NCBI RefSeq assembly: GCF_009914755.1 | Contig: NC_060937.1 | Origin: the human T2T-CHM13v2.0 reference genome, Homo sapiens | Length of the DNA: 64,000 nucleotides | Strand: one strand, 5' to 3' | In this document: positions 29,818 to 43,487 of the stretch, piece by piece | How positions within the stretch are numbered: the first letter of the stretch is position 1 | Layout of the letters: each line of letters starts with the position of its first letter | Program-made: the position numbers and the translations under genes | The notes under the pieces: model-generated | The model's database searches: none | What the model was told of the DNA's origin: nothing | The model's input: only the letters and a program-made list of their open reading frames with translations

Positions 29818-30183
29818 TGTTATAGACAAAGTTTTTGTTTTCCTCCAAAATTCATATGTTGAAACATAATCCCCAATATGATGGTTTTCGCAGGTGGGGC
29901 CTTTGGGAGGTGACTCAGTCATGAGGGAAGGACCTTCATGAACGGGATGAGGGCCCTGATAAAAGAGATAGCTGAGAGCTCTCTTGTCCCTTTTGCCACG
30001 TGAGGTTGCAGCAAAAAGACAGCCACCTATGAGCCAGGGAGTGGACCTTCACCACACAGTGATCAAGTCCACAAGTTGGATCTTGGATTTCCCTGCCTCC
30101 AGAATTGTGAGGAATAATTTTATTTGTTTGTTAGCCACCCAGTTTATGGAAGTTTGTTATAGCAGCCTGAAAGGACGAATACA
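29818..30183 (+). mobile_element. MLT1A0/MSTD-like MaLR LTR inside a minus-strand L1ME
   Basis: ccaaaattcatatgttgaaac...ggtggggcctttgggaggtg...gttatagcagcctgaa; TG...CA ends. Confidence 0.8.
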
Positions 30184-30532
30184 AACACATAATAAATATA
30201 ATAAAATGTTTAATTTTGCTTATCTTGAAGATTTATGAAAATGATGGCATAGTAAAGATTCTCTAGTATAGCTTACCTTTTCTTCACTCTATGATTTCTC
30301 TAAGATTCATTGAAGTTATTACATGTAGTTATATTTCATTTGTTTGCCATGTAGTATTTTACTGTATAAAATGTAAAACAGTTTATCTTTTTTCTAATCA
30401 CTAAGCATTTAGGTTTACTTTGTTTTTTGATACTGCAAACAATGTTGTAAAGAGAATTCATATACACATCTGACACATGAGCAAGTGTTTCTCTAGTATG
30501 TACTCTAAGGATGGAATTTCTGTCAATGAGGT

Positions 30533-32839
30533 TGTATCAGTTCATTCTCACACTGCTATGACGAACTAGCTGAGACTGGGTAACTTATGAAAAAAAAAGA
30601 TTTAATCAACTCACAGTTACACAGGCTTAACAGGAAGCATGACTGGGAGACCTCAGGAAACTTATAATCATGGCAGAAGGCAAAAGGGAAGCAAGCAACT
30701 TCTTCACATGGCAGCAGGATAGAGAGGTAGAGAGAGAGTGAAAGGAGAAGTGCCACAAACTTTTAAACCATAGGATCTTGTGAGAACTCATTCACTGTCA
30801 TGAGAACAGCAAAGGGGACATCCACCCCCATGATCCAATCACCTCCCACCAGGCTCCTCCTCCAATTCAACATGAGATTAGGGTGGGGACACAAATCCAA
30901 ACCATATCATTCCACCCCTGGCCCCTTCCAAATCTCACATCCTTCTCACTTTGCAAAAAATTAACCCTTCTCAACACCTTCTTAACTCATTTCAGCACTA
31001 ACTCAAAAGTCCAAAATCTCATCTGAGAAAAGGTAAATCCCTTCCACCTATGAGCCTGTAAAATTAAAAACAAGCTAGTTATTCCAATACACAATAGGGG
31101 TAAAGACATGGGGTAAATGCTCCTGTTCCAAATGGGAGAAAATGACCAAAACAAAGGAGCTATAGGCCCCATGCAAATCTGAAACCCAGCAGGGTAATCA
31201 TTAAATCCTAAAGCTCCAAAACAATCTCCTTTGATTCCATGTCTCACATCCAGGGCATGCTGACGCAAGAGATGGGCTCCCAAGGCCTTGGGCAGCTCTC
31301 CCACTGTGACTTTTCAGGGTGAAGCCCCTGTAGCTGCTTTCATGGGCTGGCTTTGAGTGTCTGAAGCTTTTCCAGGTGTGCAGTGAGAGTGGTTGGTGGA
31401 TCTACCATTCTGGGGTCTGGAGAATGATGGCCCTTTTCTCACAGCTCCACTAGGCAGTACCCCAGTGGGGACTCTGTGTGGTGGCTCCAACCCCATATGT
31501 CCCCTCTGCGCTGCCCTACTAGAGGTTCTCCATGAGGGCTTTGTCCCTGTGGCAGACTACTGGCTGGACATCCAGGTATTTCCATATATCCTCTGAAATC
31601 TGGGAAGGGGCTCCCAAACCTCAATTCTTGCTTCTGTGCACTGACAGTCCCAACACCATGTGGAAGCCACCAAGGTTGGGGCTTGCACCCTCTGAAGCCA
31701 CAGCCCAAGCTATACCTTGGCCCCTTTAAGCCACAGCTAGAGCTGGAGTGGCTGGGATGCAGGACACCAAGTCCTAAGGCTGCACAGAGCAGCTGGGCCC
31801 CGGGCCTGGCCCATTAAACCATTTTTCTCACCTAGGCCTCCAGGTTTGTAATGGGAGGTGCTTCTGTGAAGTTCTCTGAAATGCCCTGGATACATTTTCC
31901 CCATTGTCTTGGCTATTAACATTTGGCTCTCCTTTACTCATGCAAATTCCTCCAGCAGGCTTGAATTTCTCCCTAGAAAAAGGGTTTTTCTTTTCTACCA
32001 CATGGTCAGGCTGCAAATTTTTCAAACTTTTACACTCTATTTCTCTTTTAAATATAAGTTCTCTTTACTTACCCAAATGAGCATAGGCTTTTACTAGCAG
32101 CCAGGCTACATCTTCAATGCTTTGCTGCTTAGAAATTTCTTCCACCAGATACCCTAAATCATCTCTCTTAAGCTCAAAGTTCCACAGATCTCCAGAGCAG
32201 GGGTACAATGCAGCCAGTCTCTTTGCTAAAGCATAACAAGAGTGACCTTTGCTCCAGTTCCCAATAAGTTCCTCATCTCCATCTGAGACCTCCTCAGCTT
32301 GGACTTCACTGTCTATATCACTATCAGCATTTTGGTCACAACCATTCAACAAGTCTCTAGGAAGTTCCAAACTTTTCCACGTATTCCTGTCTTCTTCTGA
32401 GCTCTCCAAACTGTTCCAACCTCTGCCCATTACCCAGTTACAAAATCACTACCACATTTTCAGATATCTTTATAGTAATGCCCCACTCCCAGTACCAATA
32501 TTCTGTTATTAGTCCATTCTCACACTGCTAGAAAGAACTACCTGAGACTGGGTAATTTATGAAGAAAAGAGGTTTAATTGACTCACAGTTCTGCAGGCTT
32601 AACAGGAGGAATGACTGGGAGGCCTCAGGAAACTTACAATCAAGGCAGAAGGCGAAAGGGAAGCAAGGACATTCTTTACATGGTGGCAGGAGAAAGAGTG
32701 TGAAGGGGGAAGTGTCACATGCTTTTTCACTATCACGAGAACAAGGGGGACATTTGTCCCCATGATCCAATCACCTCCCACCAGGGTCCTCCTCCCATTT
32801 GATATGAGATTTGGGAGGGACAAAATCCAAACCATATCA
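30533..32839 (-). mobile_element. Complete MaLR provirus, MSTA-like (LTR 30533-30909, internal, LTR 32504-32839)
   Basis: Two homologous LTRs ending aaatccaaaccatatca, MaLR internal ORF remnant (ELPRDLLNGCDQNADSD), TSD gaggt/gaagt. Confidence 0.92.
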
Positions 32840-32878
32840 GAAGTTATGTGACTATTTAACTTTACCAGCTAGTACCTA

Positions 32879-33198
<320 letters not shown>

Positions 33199-33537
33199 GC
33201 ATTGTAGCAAGGTACATTTTTTATACCAGTACAAAATCTATGCAAAAACCTCCCATGACTCTACCTCCTTGCTAACACTTAACTTTAACAGACTTCTTTT
33301 CTTTTTCCAGTTCAGTGAACATAAAATGGTATCTCATTGTTGTCTTAACTGTCATTTCCTAATTCTAATAAGATTAAGCATCTTTGTATAACTGTGTTGA
33401 ACATTTGTAATTCCATTTATGTATGATATCTATTAATGTGATTTGATATGATAGTAAACTTTCTAATAGATTAATGTGTTTATCTCTCCATTTATTTATA
33501 TCTTTCATAGTGTCTCCTAATACAGCAAATAATTTTG

Positions 33538-36379
33538 AGGGAGGTGGAGAATGATGATCAAATAGAACTCTCCAGAGATCATTACCCCTACAGGAACACC
33601 AAATTGAACAACTATTCACACAAGAAAGCACGTTCATAGGAACCAAAAATCAGGTGAGTGATCACAGTACCTAGTTTTAACATTATATCAAGGAAAGAAA
33701 CACTAAAAAGGGTAGGTATAACAGTCTTGGACTGACAACACCATTCTTCCCTCATTCCCCAGCAGCAGCCATGAGGGGCAGAGAGAATCTGTGTGCTTGG
33801 GGGAGAAAGAGCAAAGTGATTATGGAACTTTACATTGGAACCCAGTGCTGCCATGTTACAATAGAAAGCATACACAGGGCAGAATTTGGCCAGCACCCAC
33901 AAAGGGAGCATTTAGTCCAGCCCTAACCAGATGGGAATAGTCCATCCCAGCAGTCAGAGTCTGAGTTCCAGCTAGCCCCACCACTGTGGGATAAAGCACT
34001 CTGGCATCCTGAAAGGCAGTCTAGGCCTCAAAACCTGGGTATAGAAGGAATATATCTCAACACAATAAAAGCCATATATGACAGACCCACAGCTAGTATC
34101 ATATTGAGTGGGGGGAAAACTGAAAGCCATTCCTCTAGGATCTGGAACATGACAAGGATGCCTACTTTCATCACTGTTATTCAACATAGTACTGGAAGTC
34201 CTAGCTAGAGCAATCAGACAAGAGAAAGAAATAAAAGGGATCCAAATTGGAAAGGATGAAGTCAAGTTATACTTGTTTGCTGATGATATAATCTTATACT
34301 TGGAAAAACCTAAAGACTCCACCAAAATCTATTCAAACTGATAAAGAAATTCAGTAAAGTTGCAGAATACAAAATCGATACACAAAAATCAGTAGAATTT
34401 CTATATGGCAACAACAGACAATCTGAAAAAAAAGCAAAAAAGTAATCCAATTTATAATAGCCACAAATAAAATATATAGGAATAAACTTAACCAAAGAAG
34501 TAAAAGATCTCTGCAATAAAAACTGTCAAACATTGATGAAAGTAATTGAAGAGGACACACACACAAAAGGATATTCTACTTTCATGGGTGGAAAGGATCA
34601 ATATTGTTAAAATGTCCACACTACCCAAAGAAATCTACAGAATCAATGCAGTTCTACCAAAATACCAATGACATTCTTCATAGAAATAGAAAAAGTAATC
34701 CTAAAATATACATGGGATCACAAAAGACCAAGAATAACTAAAGCCATCCTGAGCAAAAAGAACAAGACTGGAGGAATCACATGACCTGACTTCAAATTAT
34801 ACTACAAAGTTACAGTAACTAAAACAACACGGTACGACATAAAAACAGACACATAGACCAATAGAACAGAATAGAGAACCCAGAAATAAATACATACATC
34901 TACATTGAACTAATTTTCAACAAAGGTGACAAGAACATACATTGGGGAAAGTACAGTTTCTTCATTAAGTGGTGCTGGGAAAACTGGATATCCATAGGCA
35001 GAAAAGTGAAGTTAGATCCCTATATGTCACCATATACAAAAATAAAATCAAAATGGAGTGAAGACTTAAATCTAAGACCTCAAACTATGAAACTACTACA
35101 AGCAAACATTGGGGAAACTCTCCAGGACATTGGTCTGGGTGACAATTTCTTGAATAATACTCCAAAAGCACAGACAATCAAAACAAAAATAGGTAAGTAG
35201 GATCACATCAAGTTAAAAAGCTGCTGCACAGCAAACGAAATATTTCATCAACAAAATGAACAGACAACCCACAGAATGGGAGAAAAATATTTGCAAACTT
35301 TCCATCTGACAAGGGATTAACCAAAATATATAAGGAGCTCAAACAACTCAATAGGAAAAAATCTAACAATCCTATTAAACAATGGGCAAAAGATCTGAAT
35401 AGACACTTCTCAAAAGACGACATACAAATGTCAAACAGGCATATCAAAAGGTGCTCAACATCACTGATCACCAGAGAGACGCAAATCAAAACTGCAATGA
35501 GATATCATCTCACCCCAGTTAAAATGGCTTATATCCAAAAGTCAGGCAATAATGAATACTGGTGAGAATGTTAAGAAAGAGAAACACTTGTACATTGTTT
35601 GTGGGAATGTAATTAGTACAACCACTATGGAGAACAGTTTGGAGATTCCTCAAAAAACTAAAACTAGAACTACCATATGACCCACTGCTAGGTATATACC
35701 CCAAAGAAAGGAAATTGGTATATCAAAGAGATATCTGCACTCTCATGTTTATTGCAGCATTATTCACAATAGCCAAGATTTGAAATCAACTTAGTATTCA
35801 TCAACAGATGAATAAAGAAAATGTGGTACTTATACATAATGGAGTACTATCAAGCCATAAAAAAGAATGAGATGCTATCATTTGCAATAAAGTGGATGAA
35901 ACTGAAGGTCGTCATGTTAAGTTAAATAAGCCAGGCACAGAAAGACAAACATCACATGTTCTTACTTATTTGTGGGAGCTAAAAATTAAAACAAGTGAAC
36001 CCATGGAGGTAGAAAGTACAATGATGGTTACCAGACACTGAGAATGGTAGCGAGGAAGGAGCAGGAAATGGGGATGGTTAATGGGTATAAAAATATAGTT
36101 AGATACAATGAATAAGATCTAGTATTTGCTAGCACAACAGGGTGACTACAGTCAACAGTAATTTTTGTACTTTTTAGAATACCAGAGAGTACAATTAGAA
36201 TGTTCATAACAAAAAGGAATGATCAATGCTTGAGGTGGATAACCCCATTACCTGGATGTGTTTATTACACATTGTATGCCTGTATCAAAATATCTCATAT
36301 ACTTTATAAATATACTCACCTAATATGTACCCACAACTATTAAAAATAAATTTAATTTAAAAATCCAACAGAAAAACAT
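33538..36379 (+). mobile_element. L1MA element: 5'UTR start fused to ORF2 RT region through the 3' end
   Basis: L1M-type 5' end 33538-34030, ORF2 from ctgggtatagaagg with FADD (tttgctgatgat), L1MA 3'UTR, TSD aataattttg. Confidence 0.85.
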
Positions 36380-36479
36380 AATAATTTTGTCCATACAGCT
36401 CTTGCACAAATTTTGTTAGATTTTTGTCAACATACCTTACATTTTTATTCCTTTAAAAAGGTATCTTTTTGTAATATTA

Positions 36480-37268
36480 ATTAATCTTTTCATTTTAAAA
36501 TAATTATAGCTTTGCATGGCATTATAAGAAATAATACAAAGAAATTCATACATGCTTCATTCAGTTTCCCCAAGGGTAACATCTTACAGAATCATTGTGC
36601 AATATGACAACCAGGAAATTGACCTTGATAGTATTCCCCTATCATATTCAGATTTCACCAGTTTTACACACACTTGTACACATGTGTGTGTTTGTGTGTA
36701 TTTAGATCTATGTAATTTTATGTGTGGCTTCATGTGACCACCACATTTGAGATACAAAACAATTTCATCACCATAAGAATTCCTTGGGCTGCCCTTTTGT
36801 ATCCACATCAGCCTTGCTTCCTCCCCATCCCCCAACCCTCGCCTATGCCCTGGCAACCACTATCTGTTCTCCATCTCTATAATGTGGTCATGTCAATCTG
36901 AATGCAATCATACCTTATGCAACCTTTAGGGATTAGCTTTTTGACTCAGCATAATTCCCTTGAGATCCATCCAAGTTGTTGCATGTATCAATGGATTCTT
37001 TTTCTTATTGAATAGTGATCCGTGATATGGAAGTACATATGTTTACCCATTCACTCATTGAAGGGCATTTTAGTTGTTTCCAGTTGGAGCTATGATGAAT
37101 AAAACTGCTATGGACATCCATGCACATGTTTTTGTGTAAACAGAAATTTTCATTTCTCTAGGGTAAATGCCCAAGAGTGTAATTGTTAGTTTGCATTGTA
37201 AGTGCATGCTTACTTTTATAAGAAACAGCCAAAAGATCTTCCAGAGTATGTCTGTGCCATTTAACATT
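36480..37268 (-). mobile_element. L1MC-type 3' end
   Basis: ORF remnant ITLLGIYPREMKISVYTKTCAWMSIAVLFIIA; L1MC-like 3'UTR. Confidence 0.85.
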
Positions 37269-39169
37269 GCATTTGTAAGATCAACCCAACTATCATGTTA
37301 TATTATATTTATATATTACTGGTCATTTTTTGAATAACCCCATTGATTTTTTAAAATTTTACTCTTTATTTTGTTAAATATTTTACAAACATTTTATATT
37401 CTGTATCTAATAATGTGATTAATATAAGCTCATATTTCATTGATCTTAATCTGTAGAAATACTGGAGGCTGTAACTGAGGATTTTTTCACTCAGAGAGCA
37501 TTTATATTTTGTGTCTGCAGCAAACCGGAGGTATTACCGCCTAAGACCCTTTCAGCTCCTTTGCAGTGTCACCTAGTTTAAGACTCAAATTCTGCTCCCC
37601 CAGATTGCATTTGTTTCACATCTTACTCTCCCAATTAAACATAGATATATTTAAGATAAAGGTAAGCAGAAATAAAGAGGAAGGAGTGTAGCAAAGGAGC
37701 ACAGAAGTCCTGAGTGGCTTGGACCTGTGGCATAGCATTGACAAAAGAGGTAGACCCAGGTAAGTGCCCCCAAAATTCACACTGCTCCCTGCATTGGAAG
37801 AAGCAGAATAAGAAAACGAATAGTATAGGAATCAAAGGAAGTTTCCAAAGGCAAATTGGTACTGTCTTTCAAATTTGTCCCAGAAAAAGTCCTTTCTAGA
37901 AGCTTGCAGACATTTGCAAGTCTCCTTTCCAATGTTATTTACAGTATTAAAATAACAAGATGTTGTTTTGCTAAAATCTCAGCCAGTCTAAACTGAGTCA
38001 TGTCAGTTAAACAGTGCCTTGGCTACTTTAAGCAATAAAGGTTATAGGTAATATTCCCCCAAGACCAGTGGAAACTAGAACATTCTCCACTTATGGAGTT
38101 TGTAACACAAATTTTCTATTGTCTTACAAAATCACAATATCATTATCACACCTAAGAAACATAACATAATGCATGCTTCATAGTAGTCTATAGTAAGGGC
38201 ATTTTATAGTTGTAGAATAGTCTTCTACTGAGGATCATTTGGGTTATTTCCAGTCTGGCTTTTCATAAGTCATTATCAGAACTTTCATAATGAAATAACT
38301 CCTAAAAGAATATAGAAGTTTAATTTTGGCTTAGAGCTACACATTCAAGTCCTTCTGCAAGTAACCAGCTCTGGATTTTGGAAGAGGGATAAAGGAGGTA
38401 TGTTTATTGAGAGTATTTCTTTAACTGTGGTAATATGTTTTGGTTCCTGAGGTGAAGTCAATGGAGATAGACAAAATGTGACATAAAACATGTTATTTAC
38501 AAAGCGTAAGCAAACCCAGCCTCTGGTCACCCTAAAAGAAAATGTAATTTAGATTGCCTCCTGCTGATTTTTGAAAGAACAAATCTTGGAATTTTCTCAA
38601 TTTCCTTACATTCTAACATTTATTGGCCTCCATTTCCATGAGTTCTTTTTCATCAAATGAAGCTTTTGGATATCTGAGTCAGTGTTAGGTCAAGTGGCAG
38701 ATTTTCATATTTACCATTTGCTCAGTGAAATGGAACTTTTAAAAGACAGTCAATAAATCACTCTGTCACTTGAAAAGTGAACTAGAAAAAAGATAATGGG
38801 AGTGGTAAGACAAATTATAAAATGCCAAATATATTCAATGCAATTCATTCATAAAACAGAAGAGAACCGATTTCAATCTTTGAAGCATAATTCCAATATA
38901 ACCTTTCTTTTCTTGCAGTCAAGGAGCTCAGAGAACCAGACTCAGCTCTGACATCTCTAAATATAGAAAAATCAGTTTAACTTAGGAACGTAGGGCTGTT
39001 AAATGATGGTACCATTTTTTAAGCTGCTGAAGTCCCAGTTTCTACATGTACAATCTGCTCCTAATATAAAAAGTGAATAATGAGTAGCAAAGCTATATTG
39101 TCAGCTCTCATTTACCCAAATCAGGGTCTCCTTCCTCTCCCTGCCCTGCCCTCCAATATAATCAGAGCA

Positions 39170-39610
39170 GTAGATTAGCTCAGGAAAAGCACAGGCCAGA
39201 GTCGGGCAGAGGAAGTTTCCAGTCCTGGCCTTGACACTTTTTGGCTGCCTGGTTTTTAATAATTTGCCTTCTGAATCTTATTTATTTATGACACTATTAA
39301 AATTTGGATTATAATACATATTTTCTGAGGTTGTTTGGAGAATTAACTTGAGTGGTTCTTGCACTTTCCTGAACATTAGCATCACCTGGGAAGCTTTTCA
39401 AAATCCTGAGGCTGAAGCCTAACCCTAGGCCAATTAAATCAGAATCTCTAGGAGGGAAGCTGAGTGTCAGTTTTGTTTTGTTTTCTTAACTTCCCAGGTG
39501 ATGCCAAGGTGCTGCCAAGCTTTAGAACCCTATTGAGTTAGTACTGTCTATGTAAATATCTAATACACTGCCTGTCCCTGAACAGACTTTCAGTAAGTGG
39601 TGGCTATAAG
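39170..39610 (+). mobile_element. MIR interrupted by MER5A (about 39350-39533)
   Basis: MER5A motifs gtggttct..., ttagcatcacctggg, aatcagaatctct, ttagaacc; MIR-like flanks on both sides. Confidence 0.7.
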
Positions 39611-40848
39611 TATTCTATCCTATCAAATTTCACCGTGTCTTTTCGTCTGCCCTTTCTTTCCATTCTCTTATCTGCAGGTCTCCAGATAGACTGTTAAAGT
39701 GAGTACAAATTGACTTTAGAGCCTCCCTCCTCCCAACTTCATCTTGTTTTTCCCTTAAGATCCTCCTTTCTTATCTCCCTGCTCCCCATCTATTCCCTTA
39801 ATAAAATACCATTCTAATACCCCTAAAGTTAAAGATGCCAGGATAGGATAGAAAAAACTCAAAGTAGAATTTCACAATCAAAGAGTGAAGCAGCCTGGAG
39901 ATCAAGGTGTCGTCCCACTGCCTCTCAATAAGACCCTTCGTCACCACTGACTATACGAGGCTGACAATGGGGGTACAATTTTGATTTGCCATTTCCAACT
40001 CTAATTACTGTGTGGCACAATATGGCTGTTTTGATTACTTTTTTAAACCGTTATGCATTTTTATTCCAATCACTGTTTGTCCAGTTAAGTAAAAATTGTC
40101 CTCGACAATTATAAACCAGCATCATCATGGATGCCATGGCATGTAGCCAGACAAACACAGCACGCATCTGACTTGAAGAGCATCCATCTTCAGGGTTGCT
40201 AGACTGAGATGTGTTTGCTTTTAACTGAAATGAAAATATAAGTTAATTAAGATGAGATAAGTGATGAGTCTGTCCTCAGACAGGGAAGTGTTGCTTCGGG
40301 AAAGCAAGTGGTAATATTGCTACAGGCATAAGCCACCTCATTTTTATCCTGACATGCATTGTAAGTGTGTGTCCACCATTCCCAGCAGATTTCTGACACA
40401 AAGATGAATAATTTTCTGCAAGACTTGTTAAATCAAACTTAGGATTGAAAACTGACAGATGAAAAATTGAACCTTCCAAGTAAGCCAACCATTTGAACTG
40501 AAAAATATAAAATTTCAATCTCTGTCCCTTTAAAAAGTCTCTAAATTCTATTGATTTATATCTCAGATAAATACAACTAATTGACAAATAAGTATCAATG
40601 TTGTTTAACCATTTCTGAGTTCACAATAATAAGGTTTGGAGGGAAGGGGGACAGCAGTATTAAGTGTTCCCCTTTGTATGTTTGTTTGGAGTTCAACCAC
40701 TTCCAAGAGTAGTCTACATTTATATCAATTATTTCTGAACTCCCATTCACTTCTCAATTCCCTGCAATAAGTGAATATTATTTTTAAAAACTGAATTTTA
40801 ACCCTATATCTAAAGTACCTTTGTTTTGATCACCTCTTGTTCAGCCCA

Positions 40849-41314
40849 TTGTTGAGGAAGGGATTCCTACCCTAGGATTATGACCAAACACACAACATCC
40901 AGCACTGGACAGATGAGATTTAGAGCAGTGTATTAGCTACATGTACTCACAGTCTGGGAGAAAAGGACACCACACCATGCAGGGCCATGCAGGGATTGCA
41001 CTCTGGAACTGAGTGAACAATCGGGGGCTGTGGGCAAAGGGAGGTGGCCCCTAACTTCTAGCAGAGGGTGTATGTAACTGCTTGTCTGAATACATTTGCA
41101 GGCTGGCAGGAAACTGAAGTCCACAACTCAGGGACTAATAGGTACTGTGCATAGTCCCCATGATCAAGAAGGGTTGTTTGACTAGGGGGCCTCATCCATG
41201 GGAGCAGAGGAAGTAGCAGAACTTGCAGTTTGGCCACTTGAGGCCCTCCCAGTTTTCCCCAAATGTCAAGGCACCTATAATGCTAGGCCTCAGTTTTAGG
41301 CCTTATACCACCAC
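40849..41314 (-). mobile_element. ERVL-class solo LTR (MER74/MER54 group-like)
   Basis: Reversed start ...tataaggcctaaaact...gccttgacat...gggagggcctcaagtggcc resembles this group; exact subfamily uncertain. Confidence 0.6.
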
Positions 41315-42369
41315 GTTATGGAGTGAGGATAGTCCAGTCACTAGATACGATAATGAGAGGGTTGGATAACCAGTGGTTTGGCAGCCAAGCAGATGCTTCC
41401 TTGTTTAATTTTGTGTCTTTCCCATTAAGTTGTAAACTCTATACGGATAAGCATTACGTCTGTCTCGTATTCCACTAAAATGGTGGATAAATATTTAATC
41501 AATTAATTAAAAACATTTTTTATCAGTTCTCAGAGATCCACTTGCACGTAAACCTTTGAGTCAATGGTTCTAAGGCCTTAGTTAAGCTTCTTGTTGACAG
41601 AGAAACATGATATTAACTTCACAGCCTTATCTTCAATTTTGCGATATACCCTAATCCTGTCCTACTTCCTAGGGCTCTCAATAAAACATATGCCAAATTG
41701 CGAACCCTTAATATTGTTCTATATATGTTTAGTGACAGTGACGGTGTACAGGCTACAAAACTAGGAGCTTGGCAGAAATCAAGAACAAAAGGACCAACCT
41801 CTAGCCAGTTGAAAAATGACAGTGATCTTGGTGGACAGTACACACTACCATGGGTCCTTTCCTTCAGCATTCACTGCAAATGTTATGAGCAGTACGCTGA
41901 TTGTGCTGCTCTCCTCAACATGCATAATTTGGGAAAATGAGTCAAGCTTTTTGCTTCCCCCCTACTCCCTCTTTACAATTCAAAGCCAAAGCCCACTCTC
42001 AAACAGTGTTTCTTAAATGTTGACTCAAGAACAAAACAGACTGAGAGACAATTGTTTAAAGTCAATTTAGAAATATCTACCCAAAGAAGAAAAATAATGA
42101 ATGCCAATGTCCAGATGGCTTTCATGATTAATAAGTTGGATTCAATCATGTCTAAAATACATAAGCTTCCTTTCTATATATTGAAATTTTCAATTATTTT
42201 GGCTGACTATAATTCCAGTTAATAAAGTAGACATGGCACAGCAGCCACTTGAAGATGATTGTAGTGAGAAGAAAACTATCTAAAATTAACTATTTTAACT
42301 GAGATTAGAAAGTATTGCATTCTTCACAATTTTCTCCCTAATAATCCTGAATAGAAAGAAATCAAAAGA

Positions 42370-42575
42370 CTTGAATCTAAATTTGGGTGCTCCATTTTAT
42401 AAGATATTTGGGCTTGGAGTTTACTTAATCCCTCCAAGCTGAAATTTCCTCATCCATGTAAAATGGGGATAATAATAATTGCCTTGCTAATCATTCTGCA
42501 AAATAAATGAGATAGTATTCATGGAAACAGTTTGAAAAGTACAAAGTGTTATGAACAAATGTAAGATACTATTAG
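42370..42575 (+). mobile_element. MIR
   Basis: ttacttaatccctc...tttcctcatccatgtaaaatggggataataata core. Confidence 0.75.
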
Positions 42576-42833
42576 AACAAAGATTCTTTGATATTTTTGT
42601 TCCATGCTTTTCCCCTGGATCATCCAGTTATTTTTCTGCCAAAGGGTGGAATAAAAACTAAAATGTTCTGATTATGACTGAAGCTGCTCTCTGTGATTTC
42701 ATCATTCACACACAGGCAGCCCAGAGTTTAATCCCAGGTCCAAACTCAGACTCCAAAACTAATTCATTGGCAGAGAAAAGATTGAGTATGGCTTCTAGAA
42801 CAATTGCCTGGATTAGATTCTTGTTCTGCTATT

Positions 42834-43169
42834 TGATATGGTTTGGCCAAATATCATCTTGAATTGTAATAATCCCCATGTGTCAAGGGTGGGACCAGGT
42901 TGAGGTAACAGAAACATGGGGGCAGTTTCCCCATGCTGTTCGCATGATAGTAAGTTCTCATGAGATCTGATGGTTTTATAAGCATCTGGTATTTCCACTA
43001 TTGACACTCATTCGCCTGCCACCCTGTGAAGAGGTGCCTTCTGCCATGATTTTAAGTTTCCTCATGCATCTCCAGCCATGCAGAACTGTGAGTCAATTAA
43101 ACCTCTTTTCTTTATAAATTACCGAGTCTTAGGTATTTCTTCATAGCAGCATGAGAATGGACTAATAAA
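42834..43169 (+). mobile_element. THE1-type solo LTR inserted in a MIR (MIR continues to about 43360)
   Basis: tgatatggtttggc...caattaaacctcttttctttataaattac...ggactaata; downstream ctctgtgcctcagtttccc MIR core. Confidence 0.88.
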
Positions 43170-43487
43170 CACCTCTTAGCTATGTAACCTAGAACACAGC
43201 CTTTAATCACTCTGTGCCTCAGTTTCCCCTACTATAAAATGTGAATAATAATGGCATCTCCTTCATAGGGTTCTGGTTCCTATTAAATGGGCTTGCACAT
43301 GTTATGTATCTAGACAGTATCTGACACATATGAAACCCTCAGCAGCTCTGGTTGTTATTACCAGCATTACCTCCAGCCACTCTCCAGCCTTCTAACCTGC
43401 TTCTCCTCCAGTGGCTACCACAGTCACAAACCTGGGGCAATCTTGCTTCTCCCCACATCCGCATGCTGACATCCCATCATTCATCCA

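Noticed and set aside
30987-32512. Many ORFs in the MaLR internal regions (also 44045-45052)
   Set aside because: Fragments of the decayed MaLR internal ORF and antisense shadows; none is intact
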